Positions 19,904-28,794 of a DNA stretch of 64,000 nucleotides are shown here, piece by piece. The notes under the pieces are model-generated. The model did not search any database. It was not told the origin of the DNA and saw only the letters and a program-made list of their open reading frames with translations. The position numbers were made by a program, and so were the translations under genes. Location of the stretch: IMG/VR virus record IMGVR_UViG_3300018424_000006, positions 1 through 64,000 of that record. One strand, written 5' to 3'. The first letter of the stretch is position 1; the number at the start of each line of letters is the position of its first letter.

Positions 19904-20443
19904 TTAAGCAGCTTCTGGTTTTATTTTTCCGATTACTTCGCGGTTGGGACGAAGTTCATCCATCATACGACAGATCTCTGGATTGAATGCTCCAGCTTTA
20001 CGGAAGCGCTGGATTACCGTTTCTATGGCACCGTCTACATCTGCGTTAATAGAAGGAGACATAAAGTACCCAGTGGAGACTACATCAACTCCACCATAGT
20101 TACCGATGCGATGACAGAAGTCTACTAGCATCGGATTGACTTTATCACGTAATTCATCCTGCATTAGGAAATCGTGAATAGCCACTTCTTCTGTACGTGT
20201 AGTTTCTGCTCCTGTTTCTTGGTCATGTCCAAAGATCATTAAAACTATTGACCATTGGCGAGGCTGACTAAGAATGAATTGTACGGCTTGCTGCGAGCGA
20301 ATAATTCCGCCCGCCTGTACTCCGTCAATACAGTTCCCGTTAAGGAACCAAGCTTTCTCAAGATTGGTTCCCACGGTTGAGGTCAAAGTACCTAGAGGAT
20401 TGTATTTTTTCTTAGGTCTTGCCTTTGTTTTCTTTTTTGCCAC
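19904..20443 (-). CDS. Hypothetical protein with basic N-terminus
   Basis: Probable GTG start at 20443 after SD GGGAG; begins AKKKTKARPKKKYNP. Confidence 0.7.
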   Translation of the reverse strand: MAKKKTKARPKKKYNPLGTLTSTVGTNLEKAWFLNGNCIDGVQAGGIIRSQQAVQFILSQPRQWSIVLMIFGHDQETGAETTRTEEVAIHDFLMQDELRDKVNPMLVDFCHRIGNYGGVDVVSTGYFMSPSINADVDGAIETVIQRFRKAGAFNPEICRMMDELRPNREVIGKIKPEAA

Positions 20444-20714
20444 GTTTAGGCTCCCGTAAATACATGTAACCATTTTTAGATGCACTACCACAACGGTTAC
20501 GAATATTAGTTTCATCTATGCCGAGGATCATAGACGCTTCCCGGACAGAGTGATATTCTACTCCGTGTATTTTTACTCTTAAGGGTTCTTTAACTCCCCC
20601 AGTAGATTTCTTCTTCTCGAAATCTTCTAGGTTTTCTTTGGAGTTATTATCCCCGTTTAACTTCCGTATCGTTGACGCGTTTGGCTTGAACAGCAAGCTT
20701 GGCTTCTGTGACAT
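20412..20714 (-). CDS. Stand-alone NUMOD1/IENR1-type HTH protein (paralog 3)
   Basis: 'VKIHGVEYHSVREASMILGIDETNIRNRC.S....GY.YL'; SD GGAGGG. Confidence 0.75.
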   Translation of the reverse strand: MSQKPSLLFKPNASTIRKLNGDNNSKENLEDFEKKKSTGGVKEPLRVKIHGVEYHSVREASMILGIDETNIRNRCGSASKNGYMYLREPKRGKKENKGKT

Positions 20715-20994
20715 AAACCTTACCCTCCGTTAGGAAAATCCAATCTTCCCATCTATCACTGTTACAACGCATTCGAACTGTAGGGGGACTAACATTAAAA
20801 GCTTTAGCCGCATCCAAGGTAGTTTCAAAGCGTTCCCCTTTAATCTCAACAGGACGAGCACGGCTATGGGGCTTAAGTTCCCCTTTGCATTTTTCCTGCG
20901 CGATTGGTTCTTTAGGTAATTCTCTACCTAGATTTGTGTACTTCTCGAACATAGCTAAGGGTGGCTTAGCTAGAATTGACTCAGCAGTTAACAT
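20647..20994 (-). CDS. Stand-alone NUMOD1/IENR1-type HTH protein (paralog 2)
   Basis: 'RPVEIKGERFETTLDAAKAFNVSPPTVRMRCNSDRWEDW'. Confidence 0.75.
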   Translation of the reverse strand: MLTAESILAKPPLAMFEKYTNLGRELPKEPIAQEKCKGELKPHSRARPVEIKGERFETTLDAAKAFNVSPPTVRMRCNSDRWEDWIFLTEGKVYVTEAKLAVQAKRVNDTEVKRG

Positions 20995-20995
20995 C

Positions 20996-21262
20996 TTAAA
21001 CGTCCTCTCTAGAGTTAACTTTTTTCCATGTAGGCCAGTCGCTTGATTCTAGGCGACGAGCGATGGTGGTCTTTGCAACATTATGATGCTCTCGAGCTGC
21101 TTTCATAGTAGGGTAATAGACACCATCTATTTCTACAGCAGTCTGAGACTCTTTTCGGCTCCCGCCCCAGTTTTTATTCTTAGCCCTGCCTCTTAGTTCG
21201 TCTGGTTCTTTTGGGTTATACTTACTAAGAACATCAGCACTAGGTTTAAATAGCAAGGACAT
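20996..21262 (-). CDS. Stand-alone NUMOD1/IENR1-type HTH protein (paralog 1)
   Basis: 'AVEIDGVYYPTMKAAREHHNVAKTTIARRLESSDWPTW'. Confidence 0.75.
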   Translation of the reverse strand: MSLLFKPSADVLSKYNPKEPDELRGRAKNKNWGGSRKESQTAVEIDGVYYPTMKAAREHHNVAKTTIARRLESSDWPTWKKVNSREDV

Positions 21263-21506
21263 TTTGAACTTCCTTATTCAGATCAACATAAGACTCAGAA
21301 TCAAACAAACCGTCTTCTATACCACGGTCAACTAATACTTCTTTTACTAAATCTTCTTTAGCTTTCTGTCGACAAATATATTTTGTCTGACTAGATTGAT
21401 TATTGCGGTGAGTAACCCATTTTCCATTAGTGGACAAAAGTACCCAACCTAAAACTTTGCCTTGCTCTACTAACGCAAGCATGCCATAAAGTAAACGAAA
21501 CTTCAT
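21246..21506 (-). CDS. Hypothetical protein
   Basis: SD AGGGAG; 86 aa. Confidence 0.7.
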   Translation of the reverse strand: MKFRLLYGMLALVEQGKVLGWVLLSTNGKWVTHRNNQSSQTKYICRQKAKEDLVKEVLVDRGIEDGLFDSESYVDLNKEVQNVLAI

Positions 21507-21568
21507 TAGTGATATTCTCCCTATTCTAATTATATATAACGTTATTTAAACCCAGTCGAGTAAGAACA

Positions 21569-21820
21569 ATGAATCTTTTAAATGCAATGTTTCCACCAAA
21601 CCTAAGAAACCAACAATTGGCTTTTGTTGGTATTGCCTTTTTAGTCCTAATGCTAGTAGTATTTGCGGCTGGATTCTTTGCTTTACTTTTCATGGGTTCT
21701 CCTATGGTAGATGCAAATACACTTGCCGAAGTTACTCAGCAAGTAGTATCTGAATCACCAAAGATTGATATGCAGAAATACACAGATCTTCTACAACGAT
21801 ACCAAGAAGGTAGACTCTAG
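21569..21820 (+). CDS. Small single-pass membrane protein
   Basis: Long hydrophobic helix; lone plus-strand gene filling a gap in the minus-strand block. Confidence 0.65.
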   Translation: MNLLNAMFPPNLRNQQLAFVGIAFLVLMLVVFAAGFFALLFMGSPMVDANTLAEVTQQVVSESPKIDMQKYTDLLQRYQEGRL

Positions 21821-22329
21821 TATTTGTAGATACGATCTAGATTGCCTGCGACTACAGGCTTATTACCCAGCATATCGGATGACACTTTGCCGGCATCTAT
21901 TTCTTTAATAGAATCCTTAAAGGTTCTCCAGTCACACATAAGTAACTGCAGATGTCTTTCTGCAGGTATCGCTCCTTCGTTATTAAGGTACTTCATAGGA
22001 GCATATAAATCAAACTCTCCATTCAGACCACAACGAATAAGTGTGCGGCATTGAGACAAGAAGTTTCTCACAACCATTTTCTTGGTACGAGTGACTTCTT
22101 GTTCTGTCATAAGTTCGACATTCGTAATGTCTTCCCCTACCCCAGTTGTCTCCTCTAAAGACTCTTGAGTTAAACGCACCAATAAGTTATCCAGAGGACT
22201 AATGTCTTCCAGCTTAGTTGGTATGTTATCAATGAGCATCTGTCTAAACACTTTCACATTATCGACATCAATCTCATAAGCAGCTAGATCCGTTAGATAC
22301 TTTCCTACGAATTGTAGTGGTATCATCAA
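21817..22329 (-). CDS. Hypothetical protein
   Basis: 170-aa ORF coupled to the upstream gene. Confidence 0.7.
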   Translation of the reverse strand: MMIPLQFVGKYLTDLAAYEIDVDNVKVFRQMLIDNIPTKLEDISPLDNLLVRLTQESLEETTGVGEDITNVELMTEQEVTRTKKMVVRNFLSQCRTLIRCGLNGEFDLYAPMKYLNNEGAIPAERHLQLLMCDWRTFKDSIKEIDAGKVSSDMLGNKPVVAGNLDRIYKY

Positions 22330-22532
22330 ACAGCAACCTCTCTTTCTTTTTCAAACTCCCCTGCTAATATAAGGTCGTTTGGGTTTTGGCCTACAGGAAC
22401 AGGATGGACAACGGCCATGAATTTGCCCTCCTTATTTTTAACTAACTTTTCTTGAGGATAGATTATACCCTCAAGCGCATACAGTCTCCCCACTGAGGTG
22501 TCGTTGTAGCGTCTGTAAACTTTCACACCCAT
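22326..22532 (-). CDS. Hypothetical protein
   Basis: SD AAGGAG; 68 aa. Confidence 0.65.
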   Translation of the reverse strand: MGVKVYRRYNDTSVGRLYALEGIIYPQEKLVKNKEGKFMAVVHPVPVGQNPNDLILAGEFEKEREVAV

Positions 22533-23073
22533 TTTTCATCTCCTTTAAAAGGGTTGCAATCAAAGTCCCGTTTTCTTGAAAGTGATCTTTATTCTCAGCA
22601 GCATCAAATACTTCTAAACGCATTTTAATAAAGTCACTTGTTGTCATCTTCCCGTCTGCAGTCAGAGGAAAAGTTTCTGCAATAGCCAAAGAAACCAGTG
22701 CCATATTCTTAAGTATACTGTAAGAACCTTCAGGACATTCTTCTTCATCAACTAGATACGCAGCCATATCTAACTGAACAGCAGCAGAGATTAGATTACT
22801 ACAGTGGCTATATTCATAGTCACGTCCTTCTAGAATGTCTTCTACGAAGAAACGTATATTACCAATCGCATCAATGATCTTTAGAACCTCAAGTGGCTGA
22901 CGACCACCTAATTCATTTAGTCCCATCTTCTTTAAATTGCGAACAGCAATAAGTTCACGATATTGATGTTCGATTGTCTCACCATAATGACGTAATGCAC
23001 GATCAGCAATCAGTCGACGTTTCTTAGACCAAATCCGATCTTTCTTTTCCCACTGTAATGTCATAGTAAACAT
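22471..23073 (-). CDS. Hypothetical protein
   Basis: SD AAGGA; 200 aa, helical. Confidence 0.7.
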   Translation of the reverse strand: MFTMTLQWEKKDRIWSKKRRLIADRALRHYGETIEHQYRELIAVRNLKKMGLNELGGRQPLEVLKIIDAIGNIRFFVEDILEGRDYEYSHCSNLISAAVQLDMAAYLVDEEECPEGSYSILKNMALVSLAIAETFPLTADGKMTTSDFIKMRLEVFDAAENKDHFQENGTLIATLLKEMKNGCESLQTLQRHLSGETVCA

Positions 23074-23096
23074 TATTAAGTCCTTTTAAGTTTATT

Positions 23097-23906
23097 TTAA
23101 ATTAAAGGGATCTCAAGAATGATATTTTCATTCATTGAAATTGATTTTAATTGCCCAGTCGCATGGAAGCAGTAGTTAAACCTAATTTCGCCAAGCGGCT
23201 TAGCGTTTTTATAAATTAAGTTGTCGCGACAATCGAACTTAAATTCATCGACAGTCCCATCGCTATACTTCTTCTGAATAACTTTACCTTTATCATTACG
23301 AATCTTTTCCCAGCCATGGCCGTACGAATCAAACATTCTGATAGACTGATTATTATCGTCATAGTGTTTGATCTGATAAAAACCACTCGGCCAAAAGGTT
23401 AAGATTCTGTTATTATGGGCATCGTAGACAGCTTCTTCGTACTCGTCCTCGCCATATTCTGTTTTTATGGCATTGCCGCGCTCATCATTGACATACTTTA
23501 TTACCTGCCCATTCCATACTACTTTGCTTGTAAAGCCATTGGAGTCATATTCGTATTCATATAGACTACCGTCACTTCCTTTGATTTGCGTACATTGTCC
23601 GGCATCATTATAAGAATAGGTCTCAGTCTTGCCGGTTAAGCGACAGCGTGTCGATAATAATTTTCCATCCGGCCCGTATTTACGCGTCTCTCGCGGCACC
23701 TCATACGTACTTCCCTCTCCTTCTCTATAATCTAGAAACTCAGCAATACGGGTATAGTGCCTAAGTCTAATGATGTGATTATTATAGTCGCCTTTTATCT
23801 CATCCAGCTTAGAATGCGGAAAACCTAAAAGGCCATTGTTAATAAACCATTCTTGCTCGTCTTTCAGGTATCTAGCAAGCCATTCTTTTGTTATAACTTC
23901 TGACAT
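23097..23906 (-). CDS. YD/RHS-repeat protein without toxin domain
   Basis: About eight ~21-aa repeats (TYSYNDAGQ, EYEYDSNGF, YVNDERGN, AVYDAHNN, KFDCRDNLI); first gene behind an early promoter. Confidence 0.8.
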   Translation of the reverse strand: MSEVITKEWLARYLKDEQEWFINNGLLGFPHSKLDEIKGDYNNHIIRLRHYTRIAEFLDYREGEGSTYEVPRETRKYGPDGKLLSTRCRLTGKTETYSYNDAGQCTQIKGSDGSLYEYEYDSNGFTSKVVWNGQVIKYVNDERGNAIKTEYGEDEYEEAVYDAHNNRILTFWPSGFYQIKHYDDNNQSIRMFDSYGHGWEKIRNDKGKVIQKKYSDGTVDEFKFDCRDNLIYKNAKPLGEIRFNYCFHATGQLKSISMNENIILEIPLI

Positions 23907-23968
23907 TATTTCAATCCCTTTATTTTAAGCTAAAAGGATAAATTATTTATTTATCCCATCTCATTAAA

Positions 23969-23993
23969 ATAATATAGAATTGTAATTTCCTAG
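23969..23993 (-). promoter_or_regulatory. Putative early promoter CTAGGA-N8-TTCTATATTAT
   Basis: One mismatch to the TATATTAC core; same upstream CTAG spacing as the other copies. Confidence 0.65.
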
Positions 23994-24056
23994 AATAGGA
24001 TAAATTTACATTTAGGTTTTATTGCATGAATCTAACTATTACGATTGGAGTAATAA

Positions 24057-24410
24057 ATGAAATACATACTACCTATGTTGTTGCTGCTAGCCGGCTGTAC
24101 TATTTCGCCTCTGAAATATGAACAACCGCCACAACCTTCCTGTCCGGATGTTTATGTCGAACAGCCAGTCATTAATGTAGAGATTCCTTCTGTAACAGAT
24201 TTCTGTCCGGCAGTTCAAGCCCCAAAGACTGTTTATCGCACCAAGAAGTGTTCTATGCCAGCTCTGATCGCTTTAACTAAAAAGCCTCGTATAGACGTTA
24301 CTCATTATGCCACTAATCCAGATGCGTTGATTGAGCGCTTACTAAAAGACGTGGCTAGTTACGAAAAGATGGTTTCCAAGGCATACGTGGAGTATATGGA
24401 ATGTCAGTAG
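24057..24410 (+). CDS. Outer-membrane lipoprotein (o-spanin-like candidate)
   Basis: Lipobox LLLAG/C; Pro-rich and Cys-containing; SD GGAG. Confidence 0.6.
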   Translation: MKYILPMLLLLAGCTISPLKYEQPPQPSCPDVYVEQPVINVEIPSVTDFCPAVQAPKTVYRTKKCSMPALIALTKKPRIDVTHYATNPDALIERLLKDVASYEKMVSKAYVEYMECQ

Positions 24411-25768
24411 TAGAGATTTATACAGACGGCGGCTGTCGCGAGATAGCTGACCGTTTACATGCAGGGTGGGGTGTCCATATTGTTGATGGAGATCGCATCC
24501 TACAGGGACGTGGAGACGCGTCTATAGACATGGATGGTAATAAGTATCCAGTTACCAATAATGTAGGGGAATTGCGAGCCTTTATTGAAGCGGCCAAAAA
24601 GACATTAGAGAGTGGATGGAAGTCTGTTACGTTTAATGTGGATTCCCAATACGTTATTAAAGGTACTGAGAAGTTTGTTATCGGCTGGGAAAAGAATGGC
24701 TGGATTACTACCCAAGGGACCGAAGTTAAAAACAAACCTCTTTGGGAAATTGTAATTGACTTAAAAGCTAAGTTAAATGAAGCTGGTGTTAACTGGTCAT
24801 TTAAATGGGTTAAAGGTCATAGCGGTATCCCGGGTAATGAAGCAGCAGATGCTTTAGCTACGGCCGGCATTACTTTCTCTACAAACGGTATGCAGGATTT
24901 ATGGGAAACTAAGTCTCCTGAAGAACCTAAGAAGAAAGTTAAGGTACCTGCAATTAGCGGTTTGGTCTTAGGTAAGCGCTGGATCTTTGTTACTGACAAT
25001 GAAGAAGCAGAATCGGCCTCTAAGAAAGAACTAGGCGGCCTAACGCCTTATATGTTCGCTGACTTTGAAGATAATGATGAACTAGCCGGTAAGTATTTAG
25101 GGAAGCCTAATGCGGCAGCCACGTATAGTATTGTTGCTACCAAAGAAAACATTGCTTACTTAGATCTTGTTAAAGAAACTCAAAACAAGCTTTCGGCCGG
25201 TAAGCTTAAGATGCCTGTTATGGGTCAACTTGATAAGATTCATAACAAAAAGAATCTAACTGAAATTGTTACCCACGACGCTAACTGTCTAGGTAATAGT
25301 AAAGGTTGTGTTTCTTTATGGAACGATGCTTTCTTAACTCGCCTTTGTTCGCCTGCTTTATTGTCTAGTTTTGCCCTTCGCTATCTAAATAGCTTATGGG
25401 ATCGTTTAGTCATGTATAAGCGAGACGGTGTAAATGAAGACGCAATTGATATTACCGATGAGTTATTCAAAAAGAATGATAAAGGTAAATATGTCCTACA
25501 TGATTTCATTACATCTCAAACTAAAGCTATTAAAGTTAAGTTGGGTCATATAGATCGTCCATATACTTTAACGCTTACTTTAGGTATAGATATTCCAGCT
25601 CGCAATGAGCTGAATCGACTAGCTAAACAAAGTACAGAAAGTCTAAAGGTCTATGTTCAACGTGAACAGATTGAAGCAAGAAGTTTCCGTCACTATCAAT
25701 TAATTGAATCTGATGGCGACCTAGCTATCTACCAAGCAGTACATTCTGCATTCAAACCTGTCCCATAA
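24401..25768 (+). CDS. rnhA: Ribonuclease HI with long C-terminal extension (jumbo-phage type)
   Basis: YTDGG, TNNVGEL, VDSQYV, WVKGHSG.PGNEAADALA catalytic motifs. Confidence 0.92.
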   Translation: MSVVEIYTDGGCREIADRLHAGWGVHIVDGDRILQGRGDASIDMDGNKYPVTNNVGELRAFIEAAKKTLESGWKSVTFNVDSQYVIKGTEKFVIGWEKNGWITTQGTEVKNKPLWEIVIDLKAKLNEAGVNWSFKWVKGHSGIPGNEAADALATAGITFSTNGMQDLWETKSPEEPKKKVKVPAISGLVLGKRWIFVTDNEEAESASKKELGGLTPYMFADFEDNDELAGKYLGKPNAAATYSIVATKENIAYLDLVKETQNKLSAGKLKMPVMGQLDKIHNKKNLTEIVTHDANCLGNSKGCVSLWNDAFLTRLCSPALLSSFALRYLNSLWDRLVMYKRDGVNEDAIDITDELFKKNDKGKYVLHDFITSQTKAIKVKLGHIDRPYTLTLTLGIDIPARNELNRLAKQSTESLKVYVQREQIEARSFRHYQLIESDGDLAIYQAVHSAFKPVP

Positions 25769-25781
25769 GACAGCAGAGAAG

Positions 25782-25824
25782 CCTATCCCTAGACTTCGCG
25801 TCTAGGGATAGGTAAGTGTGCCGT
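25782..25824. terminator. Terminator-like hairpin with TGCCGT tail between convergent genes
   Basis: 13-bp stem CCTATCCCTAGAC/GTCTAGGGATAGG. Confidence 0.75.
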
Positions 25825-27068
25825 TAGTTGTCGTTTGGCGCATAGATGTCCAATGAGAAGGCCCCGTCTAGCTTTTCAGGATCTAGAGGTTTAGCGGCAC
25901 TTGTACGAATATTACCAGTTAGTTCTCCAGACTCTTTAGCGATGAGTTCTAACTTACGGTTATCAGTAGTGCCAATTATTACTTCGTCAGGACGCTCTTC
26001 TATGATGGTGTAGTTTAACAAACGACCATCTTCACGGAATACTAATCCGTTAGGGCGACGATAGAAAGAATAGCGACGGTTTAGCCCGGTGGAATAAACA
26101 TGCTCTTTCTTGAAGCAGGTATCGTAACGATCGAAAGAGATAATAAAACTATCCCCTTGACTAAGTAGACGCTTAGCATCGAACGTATGGATATCAATTG
26201 CATCTGGATTCATGATAGTGTCAATATAAGGACTGCGGTCAGAAGTCGGACGCTTAAAGATATTATCAATTTCAACTGAATGACGAATAGGTAAGAAAAC
26301 AGTGTTCTCAGTTAACTTACGAGTATCATACCCTGGCTGCTTAAACATACCCGCCACAACTACCATATAAGTTTTATTAGCTAGGTTGTCATCTACCTTA
26401 ACACCGCACTCTGTTAAGTAGCTACGATCTGTCTCTACTGTACGTAAACGAACTTTAATGTTTTCTTCAGTAATACGGTTGATAGTTACATTACCCATCT
26501 GACTAAAGTCTACTACTGAAATAACGCCACCTGTAGGGTTCTGTAGTTTCTTGGCCGCGCCAATAATAAATAGTCGACCATTGATTAGCATAGTTGCATG
26601 GATAATACCATCTACCACGAACAAACAATTCTTGTATAAATTAGTCGTGCTATGTGGATCTGAAATACTTAATTCGTTTTCGATTACGATATCAGTCTTA
26701 TGGTGCTTGGGCACTACCTTATCTTTACCGTAGTTTGCATTTCCAATATAGACGTCAACTTCATAGTCCCAAAGATCACGCATAGTTACCATATCGACAC
26801 TATTTAGAAAAGTACGGTTACTGACTACTAGGTCGGCATACTCGATAGAGCTGATATAGTCTTGCACAGTAACTGTTTTATCAACTATAGCGTTAAAGGC
26901 ATCTAGGTTCTGGGAGCTGCGGTATTCAATGAGCGGGGTATCATTTGCTTCTGTCGCAACAATACGAAACTCTTCATAATTGGCTAGGATATCTTCGATT
27001 GTTTCTTGACGGATATCTTTACCGTCCCAATTTCCATTCGATTTTACGATTGAACTGATAAAAATCAT
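25824..27068 (-). CDS. Putative virion structural protein (phiKZ-like core gene adjacent to RNase H)
   Basis: 414 aa; 'LYKNCLFVVDG..H' and 'VVDFS.MG' motifs; context. Confidence 0.55.
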   Translation of the reverse strand: MIFISSIVKSNGNWDGKDIRQETIEDILANYEEFRIVATEANDTPLIEYRSSQNLDAFNAIVDKTVTVQDYISSIEYADLVVSNRTFLNSVDMVTMRDLWDYEVDVYIGNANYGKDKVVPKHHKTDIVIENELSISDPHSTTNLYKNCLFVVDGIIHATMLINGRLFIIGAAKKLQNPTGGVISVVDFSQMGNVTINRITEENIKVRLRTVETDRSYLTECGVKVDDNLANKTYMVVVAGMFKQPGYDTRKLTENTVFLPIRHSVEIDNIFKRPTSDRSPYIDTIMNPDAIDIHTFDAKRLLSQGDSFIISFDRYDTCFKKEHVYSTGLNRRYSFYRRPNGLVFREDGRLLNYTIIEERPDEVIIGTTDNRKLELIAKESGELTGNIRTSAAKPLDPEKLDGAFSLDIYAPNDN

Positions 27069-27201
27069 GTTTATTAATTCCTGTTAATGGGTTAGAGAGA
27101 ATATCTCAGGACATATAATCGGTAGAGAAAAAATAACGCCTTATTGTCAGGTAGGGCTGAACTAATCTTATACAAAGAACCCACCCAATGAGGTTTATAA
27201 A

Positions 27202-28197
27202 ATGCCATATAACTTTGATCCGGTTGGAGATAATATTGATAATTTTGTCTCCAACGAAGAGAAAACTATCTCAAGTATTAACGGGACGGCCGTTAACTAC
27301 TTCTTTTTAGACGCTGCTCCGTTCTATGCAGACAGTGTCGTTGTTGTCGATAAAGCTACAGGGAATGCTTTAGATCCTAAAACGGACTTTACCTTTGGTC
27401 ATGAATACGTATATGGCTCAGCTCAAATAGGTAAAAGTATCTGGGGTTCTGTAGTACTCACTGATCCAAACCGTAGTGGTACTTATAGTATCTCTTACCG
27501 TACGGTAGGCGGCGAATTTGTTAATGATGCTAACCTACTGTTAGTAGATGGTCTGGGTATTCTATCTGACCTTCAAAATATTAAATGGGAAGAGGTCGCT
27601 AATATCCCTAGTGAATTCCCGCCTACTCCTCACAATCACCCTGCAAGCGGGTTAGACGGCCTTTCAGAGGTACTTGGTAAGTTAACTGAGATTTCTAACT
27701 TATTAGAATCCTCTACAACTCAGATTCAGTTTGCAGATGTGGTTGATTTAGATATCAACTTTGTTAATCCGTTGATTGCTAATCTAAGTTCCATTGCTTC
27801 TAAAATAGAAGCAATTGCCGTTGGGAATTCTCATTACTATAAAGAGTATTCTACAATCGGTGCTTATAAAGAAATCGCTACTCCTGTTTTAGGTAACTGG
27901 AATCCTACTGATGTTAGAATTGATATTGATGTAGATGGCACTTTCTTATTAATGGTTAGCGAGTATTTGATTCCTACATGGACAAGTTCAGAAGGTAAGT
28001 TGCAATATCGTTGGACTTTAAATGGCCAGCCTCTACAAGTCTCTTACAGCCGAACTGCAATTGTAGCAGCTAAAGCAGGCCAGTACTTACGCCTTGAAGT
28101 TCGTACAACCGTCGCTAATGCGGATAAGATCGTTTATTCAGATTCTTTCCAATCTAGCTCTATAACTGCCCTACGTGTAGCTAACTTTGGAGGTTAA
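27202..28197 (+). CDS. Virion structural protein, phiKZ-like fibre/baseplate adaptor family (paralog A)
   Basis: 'YNFDPVG...N.V.NE..T...APFY.DS...YRTVGG..WEEV.N.P..FPP.PH.H'. Confidence 0.7.
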   Translation: MPYNFDPVGDNIDNFVSNEEKTISSINGTAVNYFFLDAAPFYADSVVVVDKATGNALDPKTDFTFGHEYVYGSAQIGKSIWGSVVLTDPNRSGTYSISYRTVGGEFVNDANLLLVDGLGILSDLQNIKWEEVANIPSEFPPTPHNHPASGLDGLSEVLGKLTEISNLLESSTTQIQFADVVDLDINFVNPLIANLSSIASKIEAIAVGNSHYYKEYSTIGAYKEIATPVLGNWNPTDVRIDIDVDGTFLLMVSEYLIPTWTSSEGKLQYRWTLNGQPLQVSYSRTAIVAAKAGQYLRLEVRTTVANADKIVYSDSFQSSSITALRVANFGG

Positions 28198-28199
28198 TC

Positions 28200-28778
28200 A
28201 TGGCAGCTTCAGATTATACTTTCGACCCTAGTGGCGTAGCGCCAGAAAACCTAGTGGAAAACGAAGCCCATACGCTAACAGACCGTGGCATCTTTCCATT
28301 AGCAAATGCTTTCTTTCGCGATGGATTAGAAGTAGAAGGTTATTCTAATTCTACTTGGACTCCACTGGAAGCTAACAAACATTATACATTCTCTCCTTTA
28401 TATGTAGAGATGGCAGCTGCAACAGGTAAAGAAATATTTACTTACTTGGTATTCAGTGGTGAAATGGCAACTTATAGCCGTGTACGTTTGAAGTATCAGG
28501 CAGTAGGTCAGTACTATGACCGTAGTCTTTTAAACCATGTGGCTTCTACTTCTTTCGATAGAAACAGTATAAGTGCTTGGTTGAACATTAAGAATATCTT
28601 TACCGCACCTATTTCTGTTCGTGACCACGAATTCCATAATAAACAAATTATGGAAGTGATTAACGGACAGTTGGCTAATATTTCAGCTGCTTTGACCAAT
28701 CTAAGTAGTGGTGGTACAAGTAACTTTCTTGAGCGACTACAAGATCTGGATCAGCGCCTACAGCAGCTTGAACCTTAA
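28200..28778 (+). CDS. Virion structural protein, same family (paralog B)
   Basis: 'YTFDPSG..PENLVENEAHTL...TGKE...YQAVG'. Confidence 0.7.
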   Translation: MAASDYTFDPSGVAPENLVENEAHTLTDRGIFPLANAFFRDGLEVEGYSNSTWTPLEANKHYTFSPLYVEMAAATGKEIFTYLVFSGEMATYSRVRLKYQAVGQYYDRSLLNHVASTSFDRNSISAWLNIKNIFTAPISVRDHEFHNKQIMEVINGQLANISAALTNLSSGGTSNFLERLQDLDQRLQQLEP

Positions 28779-28794
28779 TTAATAGGAGTCACTA

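Noticed and set aside
20412-21262. Homing endonuclease / mobile element call
   Set aside because: Only the DNA-binding module is present; no GIY-YIG or HNH motif in these or adjacent ORFs.
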